Assembly (NCBI GenBank): GCA_028023455.1
Contig: JAQFVV010000003.1
Coordinates: 29,760,001 to 29,824,000 of the forward strand
DNA: 64,000 nucleotides
Source: Epiperipatus broadwayi
Lineage: Eukaryota; Animalia; Onychophora
Reading direction: 5' to 3'
A model generated the notes under the pieces. It made no database searches, was not told where the DNA came from, and saw only the letters and a program-made list of their open reading frames with translations. Of this stretch, positions 41,147 to 54,318 are shown piece by piece (positions within the stretch are counted from its first letter, which is position 1; every line of letters starts with the position of its first letter). The position numbers were made by a program, and so were the translations under genes.

Positions 41147-44023
41147 TGTAATAGTCAGAATTCATATGCCTCACTAACATATGCAGAATCTACTCACCAG
41201 GACCGCAGCACTGAGTTCAAACTTGGCTAGCCAGCTCCACAACACAAACTACATGACAATGTATCTGACACTACACTAGTAAAACTCTTTAGGCCTTTAG
41301 TCCACGGAAGTCAGTGAGATACAAGAGACTATATCTAACTCATTATAATGGTCTAATTCAATCATAACTAATATTCATAGCTATTTTATTTAAACCTAAG
41401 TACTATTATTATCAAGGTGAGATATTGTAGGATATATGTTGAAATGAATAGGCATAGGATAGCAGACATAAAATAATACATTCAATTTTAATTAGAAAAA
41501 CAAACCATAATTATAGCAGCGGGAATTGGTTTTATTAGTTCTGAGACCTTTATTATTTAAAATTTGTCATGAATCATTATTTACAAGCTGTCTATCTGAT
41601 CATCTGGGTATGAGCAAGTACAGAATTTATATAATATCATGCCTATGTGATTATTGAAGTCAATCACAATACGAGGTTTTAAATTACCAGTGACAATCTT
41701 GGCTGTGGATATACCAATATTATTTGCAACAATTTAGAACTACATTTGATTTAATTTATAATAATTCTAAGGCCATATTATTTAAGGGCAAAAGAGCAAA
41801 CAATGGGAGGATGATGCCATAAGAGGATTGAAATGAACATGAAAACTCAGAGGGATGTGTGGTACTTATAGAAATGCAATATGGAAAACTCGAGGTGCAG
41901 TACTTTGAAACTGCAAAGCCAATGGAGAGTATATGAAAAGAATGAAGGGCTGTCTTTTTGCCGAATGTCCTTTTGCGAGTGGTCACATAAACATAATAGG
42001 GTTTAAGGGACCTTGCCTCTATTTCCTGGCATGTGACAGGAGTGAATACCCATGGGAACACATCAATATGTCTGCTTCCATTTAAGTACCAAGGCTTGGA
42101 GAAAATATCACATCTCTAAATTATAACACACATTTATAATGTAACTATACTTTAATAATTTTTACTTTAAACTCGTGCTTCTAAATTGATGACTCATCTC
42201 CCAATGTCTACATTTAATAATTTGAAACTTTTATTTACACCCTCAAATAACATGATAATCTGGTTTAATACAACAATAAATCTTATCTACAGCAACAGAG
42301 GAGTATTTAACTCATATTATTGCAATTTCTAAATAATATATCTGCCACCCAGTTATTTGTGGTACACTCGCATAGATAATTAACTAAGCAAAACACCAAA
42401 TGCATACTATATTAGTTTAAACAAGTTATAGTTCTATGACTGAAATCATTAACATGAGGGAGACTAATGTATTCATAAATAAATTATTATAAAATATAAC
42501 TAAAATTGTAAACATGGAAATATTGGAATCAGTACAATATGCACTTGTTACTAACATAAGTTATTATATAATAAGGTTGGAATAATTTCCGAGCTGGCAG
42601 TTTATTAAATATGAGGAGAGAAATTTTAGCAATTCTATTTCTAATTATCTGTTTATGGTGGTTGCTCTTAATTACACAATATTATTTGGGAAAGGGCTAA
42701 CCCAGTCGGAAATTATCTAGGCATGGCATTATATAAATAAAAGCAACAACAATAATAAGAAAAATATAAAATAAGTATCCAAGATGACAAATAGAAGGTC
42801 AGATAAGTTATATAATATTCAAGAAGAGACAATTTAAAGTTTAACACATTGATTAAGAAAATTATAACATAATGATATTTACAGATAGCTATAGCATTTA
42901 AAAAAGAAAATTGAGACAGGTTACCTATTTATTTAAGATGATTGTGCATGTTTGATCAGTCATTGATTGTTCATTTGTAACATCTGCATTTCTTTTCTGG
43001 GTTTAGGTTTTAAGTTCTTGTTTGATTAAAAGTCCATCATGTAGCATATAAATCAGCAGCACCTCACCTACAGTTCTTTTTGGAGGACAGGTTTGGAGAA
43101 TAGTTTGCATGCCTTCTACCCAGTCATAGTGGGATGAAACATTATAATAATGTCACTAGCAGTGACGAGGTTGGATGATTTAAATTTTATAAGAAACATT
43201 TCTTTTTATATTAGTTTCTCTTTTTATCTCAAATTTTTCAGATCGATTGCACATGACATAGAGTACAGATGGTTTTCTTTACAGTCCATGCTTGCAATTG
43301 ATCTGCAATACCCTCAATGAATTTATCCATTAGCACAAGAGTTTTACATTTGTTTTGCATCTGATTATAAACTACAAAATAGCTTTATGCTAATTAAGAA
43401 ACTTTAGATAGAATTTTAAGTAATCTATTGTCTTTACCCACCAACTATGACTTTGCAAAATCTAAAATAATATTTACTAAGGCCATAAAACCTCAAGAGT
43501 GTGCATGTGAAAATGCGAAGGTAGGGACCTCTACAGGTTTTAACCACAAGTTTACGCTTTGGAAGAAAAGAGAGAAACCCCCCTGTAGCAGTCCCTACCT
43601 TCACATTTTCACGTGCACACTCTTGAGGTTTTATGGCCTTAGTAAATATTACTTACATAATCAATGTGCATTTAAATAAATTTATAAAAGCTAAAGTAAT
43701 AAGTGGGAAAATATATTTTTATAAATAGATTTATACAGTTTTTAGAATTCATTATTTTAAAATATATAATAAAATTGACAAAATAATAACTGACATTAAT
43801 GCTGTATAACTTTATGATAAATGTTAAAACTTAAATTAATATTTAGGTCTGATATTGGAGGGTGGGTGTGTTTACAGCTAATTAAACAGACATACATATA
43901 TACATAATACTATTATATGCACACAGTCCAAGTTATAGGGTTTAAATTTAGGTAGGATGGAAAACCGTAGAATAGGTGGGACTAAGGTGAAATTAAGATT
44001 CAAACTTGAATCTTGCTATTTCA
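41147..44023 (-). mobile_element. Solo LTR, family E (about 2.9 kb)
   Basis: TGTAATAG...CTATTTCA termini with TSD ATAC/ATAT (one mismatch). The empty site lies at about 55575 in the sister LTR. Orientation is inferred from terminal similarity to B and C. Confidence 0.75.
43468..43651. mobile_element. Small MITE, about 60-69-bp TIRs, probable TA target
   Basis: AATATTTACTAAGGCCATAAAACCTCAAGAGTGTGCA(T/C)GTGAAAATG(C/T)GAAGGTAGGGAC is present as an inverted pair with 2 mismatches in 60 bp. Confidence 0.85.
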
Positions 44024-44394
44024 ATATAGACATTTTTACTTACATTTTACATATGTGGGTTGAAATCAAACCTTATTAGTAGGTGGATAAGTGGAATAAA
44101 CCGTGAAATGCAAATCTGAATCAGATTTACCATTTCACACTTTCCCACTTACAAGAGGGAAAAAACCTTTTTTTTGACTTTGAATCTACCAGGTCACAGA
44201 GCCCCAACCAATTACCTATTGTCTTTCTCTATCTTCTAAATACAGTATCTATATTCTCCTTAAACTTCAACTTTTACCTTTATGTAATTTCTTACTAGCC
44301 CTATATTTATATTTGAGAGTTTTTAAATTTCTTTGTCTGGTCTACAAGTCCATTCTGTTCTCCAAAAAGGTCTATCTGGTTTGACTAATCCATC

Positions 44395-45521
44395 CTATTT
44401 CCCAGGATCTGGTGGAACATAGGGCTTTAAACATCTTGCATTAAAAGTCCATTTATTCCCTAGTTCTGGAGTTAGATTTTCATGGTCGACTGAGGCCAGA
44501 AATTTGGTCAATCCATCAATGATGGAAATTTGGCTACTTAATATTCTCTGTACCCAGATGGGCATATTGTCTCTGATAATGTGTATAATGTACACATCAG
44601 AGTAAGTAAAAGAGATATGAGTTTGAAACTTAGCCACTTGTTTTAGGAAAAACTGGGTATATGTTCCTTGTTGATTTCCTTGATATTTTTCAGCAGTCAT
44701 GGTAGATACTAGGTCTTCCTCGCATTCTTCACTCCAAAATTGTTTTAACAAGACTTGTCCATACTTATTGAGGTTTGTAGGTTTCTGAGTTAGTGATCAC
44801 CACTCTTTAGTGATATTTTTTCAAATAATGGTTCACACTGGCCATTTTCTCTGCCTCATTGGTTACATGAAAATAAAAGTTCTCTTAAACTTTCAAGATG
44901 CTCCTGTGGACTTTCTCCAGGCTCACCTTGAAACACTTCTACAAGGATCAATCATGACATTAGACATGGTTACTGTAAACCATTTAATGGGGTCTGAATT
45001 TGATTATCTATGAGCTTCCAATTTTTCTGGTTTTTTTGGGGTGTGTGTGTGTGTGTTTGATTCTAACATTGGTTGTCAGCATCCGGAATCTTTGTTTTCA
45101 CTTGTTTTCCCCCTGTGTCTTTTTGGGTTTGTTCATCCTTGGTAATATTTTTAGTTTTCATCTGGGATGTTGGTCCTGGTGTTCTTTTTTTCTTTGTCAT
45201 CTCTTGATTGAATTGCTTGATCCTGTCTACATTGCATTTTTCTACTTCAAGTAGTTTTCTTCCTATAACTTCTTTGTATTTCTACATTACTTCTTTGACT
45301 TTGGACATCATGATTGTCATCAAGCTATGCATCATCATTACCAAGTTTTTTCCCATCATGGGCATTTTCTCAAACATCAACTTTTTTGGATCTTCCATGG
45401 TAATTTTTGGACTGTTTAAATTTAATGAGTTTATAACTGGTGTTTCTTTGGAATCACATTCTTGGTCATTCATCTGCTCTTCCTGTTGGTTGTCCTCCTC
45501 TTCTTTGTGTAAGGAATCCAT
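44395..45521 (-). pseudogene. gag remnant of element C joined to an integrase C-terminal tail
   Basis: Acidic N-terminal ORF 45282-45521, then ENFYFHVTNEAEKMASVNHYLK..W..LLKQFWSEE..KYQ..YTQFFLKQVAK..MPIWVQRIL (Retrotrans_gag-like), ending ELGNKWTFNARCLKPYVPP. Confidence 0.7.
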
Positions 45522-46355
45522 TTTCTGAAAAAAACTTTTTATTTAATTTTCAGCACAATATACTACCAACTTTAATTCTCACTATGATTACTATTTCTCT
45601 GTTGACCCGTTTCTTTTTCTCTTTATGACTTTAATGAGATAAACCATCCCTCTCTCCTAGAACTATTCTATCACATCACTAAGCCTGCTCCCTATTTAAT
45701 TGGCATCATGATCTGTCTCTTATCACTAGTCTGCTGCCTTTATTGTTTACAAAATCACACTATTTGTCTCCTGACTATCTTTACATGTAATACACAAAAT
45801 TTATCCCTTTTTGACATGGTTGCTCTCCTGTGCCTGGACAGATTTGAAGTTTATCTTGCCTTTCTTTGTTGATGGCACTCTTATTAATATTATTTACTTT
45901 TACAATTTTATTTTATTTGTCTTATCGACTCTACAAAATTTCATTTATCCAGATTCGAATTTCATGTTACACTATTTTGTGTTTTATGAAATTATCTTTT
46001 TTTTGTATGAGCAACATCCAACTGTACTGCATGCTTTATTATTAATATTCAGGTCAACCAAGTCTTTTATTAATAACCATCTCTAGTTTTACAAAGCTTT
46101 CACCTAGTTATTTTTAGATATAAAATATTTTTATAGACTCAAACAATCAGAGAACATGAAAAAAAAATTTCCATAATTTTTACATCCTTATTTCTAGTTA
46201 CCATTTTATTATACAAAAAAAAACTCAGATTTTGGTTTTTTTTTTACACATTATATACCAAAATGTAAAGAGAGAATTTTTTTTATACACACATATATAT
46301 ATATTTCAACATTGGAAACATATTCATCAATCAGGGTGTGAGTATTTATTTCAAG

Positions 46356-46373
46356 GTCCCACATTGAGCGCCA
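46356..46373 (-). other. PBS of element C (tRNA-Lys CUU)
   Basis: Minus strand TGGCGCTCAATGTGGGAC versus recalled TGGCGCCCAACGTGGGGC, 15/18 identical. Confidence 0.75.
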
Positions 46374-48467
46374 AACCTGGGAAAAAATACGATATACCAG
46401 TCCAAAAATGTAAGTTTATCCAACAAGATTTAAAACAAGGGTAAAGTACTTTTGAACTCAACCATGTACAAGATACACAATTGAAGTACATCATGGATTT
46501 TGCCTTATTTACCCATTATTCCACAACTAAGACATAATTAACATTTCCCAAAGATCATATGGTACATTCTTAGTTTTACTGGCTCGGAGTCAAGCCCCAG
46601 AGTGTAATATTCAGGATGATAATGATGGTTCACTGAGACCTTGAGTGACCCCTTCTTGTTTAACTTAACTTATAAGTAACAGAGAAAATGAAAATAATTA
46701 AATGATTCAAACATTGGAAGTTTTATATATAGATATATATTTTAGATTATTCAAATATTAAGTTACAATTATTCAAGCTCATGGACCAGATGTATACATT
46801 AATTTATTATCTAGATATATAATTTTAAACAAGATCACATCATGATGTGACTACATATATATATAAACAGCGATCATTTTATTAGCTTATTACATTATTT
46901 GCAAAAAAATAAATGAAATGGAATTTTCAAATTAAAGTTTCCATCTACATTTATTACAAAATAGATTTTCTTTTCAATCAGCATATTTACAATTTACTGA
47001 CTGATTGTACATAAAATAATAATTCCCCCCTTTTTTTATTTAAATCATCCCAGAAAATAAAAAAATGTCAAAGACTATAAAAAACAGTTTGCCATTTCTA
47101 CAGGGTTTAAAATGACAAGATTAAAACATGCTATTTTACATTTTTTATGAAGGCAGATTTTTATCAAAATAATATTTTTATTTAATATGGACCTCACTGA
47201 AACAGCACCAAGTTATTTATAATAACATTACAATATTTATAACTATAAGTTGTTAAGTGGCAGTCAATTATCATGCACACAATCCCCAGCATTATAATTT
47301 GCCATTTGATCATTCATGATTTAGTTAATAAGATCTAACTTACCATAAGCAAAAGAGAAAATTAGTTAATCAGGTTGAATATTCTTGACATTGGTAGAAT
47401 CATTTCTTTATGGCTTACATAATAGATAGGCATTAAAACAATGAATAAACTCAGGGTAATTATATGAATGCATAAGAAAACTGAATATAGGTTAATACTA
47501 ATTGATTTACAGGACACTCATACTTACTTTTACTGCCACAAGAAGGGTTGATATGTCCGGGATATTGCGGAATGATACCGAATGAAGAAATAGGTTTTAT
47601 TGGTGTCCCATGTCTGGTATACAGATGTCATGCAGACTACCTTTGACTATCTCACTTATTCTTTTCACACAGCAGTATGTGCTACCAGGAACAAGATTAT
47701 ACAGAATAAAAAGGATCTTTTATAGATCCAATCCAACATGCTCGGCATTCATTATTAACCTGATTACTTATTTATCACAAAATTTATGGATAATTATAAA
47801 TGGAGAGCCTTAAATAATCTAATACAGCTTAAAGATCAACCGGCGCAAACAATTCCTTCATGTGAAAATATTTACTTATAAGAAATATATCTTAAATAGA
47901 TTATCTCCTTTTTCTGCATTTAATTTTTAAAAATATTGCATGATAATAACCAACGCTATACAACAGCACTGTTTCTATGTTAATTATAATATATATTTCA
48001 TTTCTATTCCATTCAAAAAAATCTATTTATAAAAAAAAAGTCTCATTTTTAAAATCATTAGCAAACATTAAATAAAGTTATTAATGTAAACACATTTTTA
48101 TTAAAGATATTTCAAGCAACTTCACAAATGAGTCAAAACAACAACAACTTATTTTTGCTTTCTACTTAATTTTCTCTTCTAACCCCCCTTCTTATGATAC
48201 TTTGCTATTATACAAATCATCAATTTAAAATCCCCGCTCGTGAAGTTGGTTTAATAAAGTCATAGAAATTATACTATGAAATTATTACAAAAACAAATAA
48301 ATAGCATATTAAAAATAACAATTATACTTCCGCTTTTGGCAGCCATCTTTGCAACTGGTCTTACAAAAAGCGTCCCTTAGCGATTCAATTTCAGGAAGAT
48401 AGGGACGATTGTCCCCTTACCTTTACGTTTCTTATTCAAGGTAAGTCAGTTTTAATCATTATATATT

Positions 48468-51084
48468 ATGGAAAGTGATAATATAATCGATAACTCGCAA
48501 ATTAAGGTTAGCCTCGATCTCAGCATTCAATCTAGCAATGCAGTCATCGGTCGTAAATTTTATAGCCTTAGATCTAATCTAAATTCATCCAAAATAACTT
48601 CTACAACAAATAAAAACCCACAAACCAATATTTCAAAAGAAAACAGCATCACAAATATCAACAAAAGTTTAGAAAATATTCAACTTACCCCTAATATAAG
48701 TAATAGCATTAATATCTCATCAAGCAAAACTATTGAAATTCTTAAAAATACAAGCAAAAACCAATCATCACCTCTCTGAAGACTTTACGCATCCTCAGAA
48801 GACTAATGAGAAATTTCCTTTGCCCAATAATACCCTGGAAACCATATCTGAAAATAATAGACAAAATTACCGACAAGATGATTTCGGCGAATTTTTTAAA
48901 GTAAAAACTTTTCCACCAGAGGTCGACAAAACCAGTGCTGTCACATTACAGTTTGTCAACAGTAAATTTAAAAATCAAAAAGAAGAAATAAATTTTAAAA
49001 CCGATAAATCACATTCCAGAACAAACAAAGATTATAGCGCAGAACAATCCATTGCTACTTTAGCCAACTTACAATCTAATCCAATTTCTTCAATACCAAT
49101 ATTGAAAAATTCCTCTACGTACGCAAATATCGTAAGGTCTAAAAATTCTGAGAGCATCTCTGAAAATATTTAGGCCGATAATTTCAATGAACTATATTTG
49201 AATATCTCAGAACTAGACATAGAACAAGAATCAAACACTTTGGAAAATGTCTCATTTAATATAAACGATCTTAATGACGACATGTTCCTAAAAATAAATA
49301 ATGAGTTCAACAAAACGATTCCCAATAGCCTATATAAATCGTTTGCTAACTACTACAGTGATAAGTCATTAATCTTAGCCATAACAAATCAACAATGTGC
49401 TCTATATAAGTTCCCGCTAGAACAGCTATACAGTCTAATCAATCAAAAAAAATTAGGCAGAGGCATTCATATGATTCTTATTCATCCCAATGACCGCTAT
49501 GTTATCGTTGAGTTTAAAACGTGGCGGACCGTATGAACTTTAAAAATAAATACAGATCTTTAGGAAATTTTATACTATGCTCCATATATATGAACCGTCC
49601 TGATACACTTTCCGGCAGAATCCAAAACTGCCTTGCCCACTTGAAAGAACAAGAACTACAAGACATCCTTATTAATTATGGTTCAGTTAGCAAATTTAAA
49701 CACCTATTAAACCCTCACTGCGAAGATCAAATCCTGTCTAATACAGTTATCTTCACACTTACATTGAAGAAAAACATTATACCCACTGACATACCCACTA
49801 TTATTACTGCAAGAGGCTCTCCTATGGTTTTGACTTTCAGGGGAGTACATCCACAATGTTTCTTCTGCCTTCAAAGAACACACCTCATTAAAGACTGTGC
49901 AGCAAGAATATGTACACACTGTGGTATTAAAAAGAATAAAGTTCACAGATGTCCTGGTAGACCTACTAACACAGCTTTCACATCCTTAAATAGACAATCA
50001 CCACATGGGCCTAATTCAATCAGCAACCTCACAAACCCAGACAACCTGATTCAAATAAATCCTCCAACAAACCCTTTCACATCCAAACCTATCTTTCAAA
50101 ATGAAAATATTCAAGAAAGAACAAACGACAACCTCTACACTAATAGTAGTGAATCAGAGATCCAAGCAATTACATAGACTAAAGATCAAAGACCATACAT
50201 ACGATACATATTATACTAATCCCCGAGAAATGATACTAGGCCAAATTCTTGATACAAAAGAAGGCAATATGACCAAACCACCTGACGAGAGCAAGGAAAA
50301 TACAGGTGATGAAGAAAATACACTCAAAAAATTTCAAAACAATCCATCCATAACAACTCCCACCCAGTCTAAAACCATTGATATATCTTCATTTGGGTCA
50401 GTTAATTCCAGTAAACCTAAACAAAGTGATCCACAAACTGTCCTCAATTCTTCAACTCCTGCAATAATTAACCATCCAGATGAAAAGACTTGTCAAACAC
50501 TCAACCCGAAAGTCAGCATAGTTAATGTTTCCCAACAGTTACAGCAAACCGAAAATGACTCGGGTCTAAAATTTAAAACAAATTCCTATAACAATAAAAA
50601 AACACTTTTATCAAAAGAACAGGAAAATGAAAAAAACACTATTAAACTTCAAAACCCTCAAAAAACCGACACAACAAATACCCAAAATACAAATAAGAAA
50701 ATTAAAAGAAAATCAATTCATTCAGATAAATCAAGCTCTGATGATGATAGCGCCCATCTGATACATTACTCACCTCCACCCTCTAACAAACAAATTTCAG
50801 ATATATCAAGCACAAAGCCTCGCAAATCCATAGAAAAAAAGAGGAAAACCATGGATCCTACAACCATTGATACCATTGATCCTTCTGACGAATCTCAGAC
50901 AGATTACACTACTTCATCAGACACCGAAGACTTCATGGATGCGTTTCCTCAACCAACAACTATATCACCAATCCATCCACAAATTCAATCACAAGACTCT
51001 GATTGCCAAACAACATCAGACCTCATTAACATGGAGATGTCCCACATTGACTTGATACACTTTGCTGAGGACGGTTTGGATTAA
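48468..51084 (+). pseudogene. LINE ORF1 (long, Tx1-type, zinc knuckle), disrupted
   Basis: The ATG at 48468 begins pieces joined across frameshifts (about 48775, 49520 and 50175-50215) and a stop at 49171. It contains CCHC CFFCLQRTHLIKDC plus a degenerate CTHCG..HRC, with S/T/N/K-rich tails. Confidence 0.85.
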
Positions 51085-51090
51085 TCTATC

Positions 51091-54000
51091 ATGTTCTGCA
51101 AAATTGCTGGCATTAACATTCGCGGCATCAACTCAATTGATAGAGTTCTAGCTATTAAAAACTGGCTCTCGCTCTTCTCCCCTCATATACTTCTTATGGG
51201 TGAAACTAAATATCACCATAAGACCAATCATAAAATACTATCTCTTCTCTCAACTCTCGGATTTACTAGATTTTCCATAGGCCATTCTGCTTCAGGTAGA
51301 GTCGGTATTCTTCTCAGCAAGTCAACACCACCAAACAGTTTTAGCATTCTATTCCTAGATGCCAATATTATTATCATAGAAATAGACTATTGGGGTTATC
51401 CGATCATCATAGCTTATATATATACAGCCAAAGACACCTCTCAATATCTAAAAATAATCCACATCCTAAATGCCATCAACGCTAACAGAGCCTCCCCTAC
51501 TATTCTTCTGGGAGACTTTAACACCACATACAATGACTTCAACAAGAGATTTTTGCATCTAATAAATTGCAGATTAATGTGTGGAGAGGGCTTCTTCCCT
51601 CCCAAAGCCTACTCTTTCTATACTAAAACTAAAAAGTCCCTGATTGATTTGGTTTACTACACCCCAGACCTCCATTTCAACCTTGATGCAGCCTTGGCCC
51701 CTGTTGCTTTCTCTGATCATATGGCTCTAATCTTACAACTTACACCTATTTCAATCCCTGCACCTATTGATGGACCTGGTAAAACCATGTGCATGATCAT
51801 CCAATCAAATATGACTGAAGCGATAGTATCTGAGGCATACATCCTTTTCCAGAAAATAAACATCCTTTCCCTTCCTGCTGAGGAGGGCTGGTTTTCCTTC
51901 ATCGGAATACTACAATCCATATTAAATCACCACGCCAGGAAAATCAAAGGACCTAATGGCCTTCTAAATGATCTAACAGACATTAATATACAACTTCAAG
52001 CTTTACAGCAAAATTTCACAAATACAGAAAAAATCATCTTCCTTAAAAATCTCTACAAAATCAAGCAAAAGTCCCTTGCAGAATATATATCCATCAGAAG
52101 AGCCAAATGTTTCTTAGCACAATAACACTGCTGGACGAGAGACTACCTTAGATGGGCACTGGGGTACAATAGAAAACAAATCACTCCCTTATCCATTAAT
52201 TCTAATGGAACCAATCTCGTTGGCTTTCCAATGATGCAGCACATCAGCAAACAATTCTGCCAATTAATGCAAAAAGATGGAGCTCCTCCTATAAACAGCT
52301 GGTTGGATGCTGGTGACCCCGGCGAACATGGCATCACAGAAATCCAAATCAAAAAGAAGATAACATCTCTCCCTGACGGCGTTCATCCTGGCCTTCATGG
52401 CATCCCAAATTTCCTTCTCAAACACCTCAGTCAATTCACTGTGCCAATTATTAAAAAAATGATTGATCACCTAGCCTCCGGCAACAGAAACATAACAGAT
52501 CTTTACCCAGTGGCACTTGTGCCTTTTATTAAAAAAGCAAAACCACTAAATGACATTAACAATATCCAGCCAATTTCCATGACCCCATTGCTTATCAAGA
52601 TAATTGAGTCAGTCATTAAAGATCAAATCCAAACTCAAATCCTTAGCCATATCTCGTCAAACCAATACGGAAAAAAGGGATCATCAACCTCGCATGCTAT
52701 GTCCAATGTAACTGCACTATTCAATTACATCAGAGGACATCGTAAATCAAAACCTATTGCTGTCCAGCTGGATGTTGCGGCAGCATTTGATTCAGTCCAG
52801 ATAAATATCCTCCTGGATATTCTGTTGGAATGCGACATTCCAGCCAGGATTGTTCAGATGATCAGCAATCTGCTCAACAACAGAGAGATTTATCTCTCTC
52901 TTGATGGCAAGATCACACCAGGCTTCAAGCCATACAAGTCGATCCCTCAAGGATCTCCACTCAGTGCCCTTTTCTTCACAGCATACATCAACCCTCTTCT
53001 GATGGATATAGAAAAAAACCTCCCTGGAATTTTCCTTCCCTCTCTCAATAAAAACTTCAATGTATTTGCATATATAGATGACATCATGGTTGTTCTTCCC
53101 ACCATTAAATACCTTCCCCATCTCATGAACATCTTAAACAGAAATACAGTGAAACTTGGCCTACAAATAAACTTTAACAAATCTTCTATCTGGAAGATTA
53201 TGTCTGGTAAACAAATTAACTCTCCCTTTTCTGCAAAACCCCAAAGGTACCTAGGTTTCCCAATCTTCAAAACACCAACTGCAATGGCAAGAGAGATTCA
53301 AGATGCAATCCTCCATTCAACTGAAGCCATCACCACGTCACTCTCTAGAGTATACCTTTCATTATATGGAAAGGTTGGCCTCCTCAACATGATCATAATG
53401 CCAAAAATCTCATATTATCTTCCATTCGTAAAAATGTCTAAACAGTTTCAAAATAAAATCAACCAATTATGTACCAAACTTCTCTGGAGAGGAAGGACAG
53501 TTGCTATTAGCTTGTGAGGCATCCAACGACCATGCAGGTTCAATGGACTGTCATTCCACTCAATACAAGCAATCATTTTACAGAAAACCCACAACACTCT
53601 ACATAATCTGATCCTCTCCTGTGGATACTCCAACATTATTAAAAAAATTACACCGACAGATCGTCCTCCGCCCTCTGCCAGTTCATGGATAGCCTCCCTA
53701 ATAGACCACCTACAACTTTATAACCCAATAATGCCCTTTAACCTTAACAAAAAAATCACCTTATGGGAAGCATACAATATAATCAACTATAATCAACAAC
53801 CCATTAAAACCAGCCTAAAAGTAACCAACCAAAGACTCATTTCACACTTCAAAAGATGGAGTCTGGAACCCAAATTCCTTGACTTCATCATTAAAATAAA
53901 TCTTAATGCACTTCCCATGAATTGGTTCCTTTATCACCGAAGAGGTTTTACCAGCATTGACCCTATATGTGGTCTGTGTGCTCGTGAAGATGAAACCATA

Positions 54001-54318
54001 GACCATATTATACACCGGTGCCCAAGACTTAAAACACTGAAAGATATAATTATAATCAATTCCAACATAAGACCTGATATGATTTTCTCACTTGAAAATG
54101 CCATTCATAATGGGTTTTTTCCAATAATAAGGCTTTCTACCTTTGTCCTTTATTCCATATGGATAGTGAGATGCAAAACTCTCATAGAATTACCCCCGCC
54201 ACAAATCATACCATTGTTTTATCAAACGCTCAAAAAAATCAAGAAACGTGACCAGCTCCTGGCCTCCAGTAAAGTCTTTGATGACACCTGGTCTTTAACT
54301 GCTCTTTCCTTTTCCTGA
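51091..54318 (+). pseudogene. LINE ORF2: APE endonuclease, reverse transcriptase and CCHC; one frame with two premature stops
   Basis: Endonuclease motifs NIRG, GETK, GDFN, LIDLVY and FSDH; RT motifs LDVAAAFDSV, QGSPLS, YIDD and YLG; C-terminal CGLCAREDETIDHIIHRC. In-frame stops occur only at 52123 (TAA) and 53515 (TGA, probably from CGA). Confidence 0.95.

Noticed and set aside
46345-46362. FQGP as the AMT LALQGP exon
   Set aside because: Surrounding residues do not match AMT and the site overlaps the PBS of element C.
49707-53636. Minus-strand ORFs overlapping the LINE
   Set aside because: These are antisense shadows of a long coding frame with no independent motifs.
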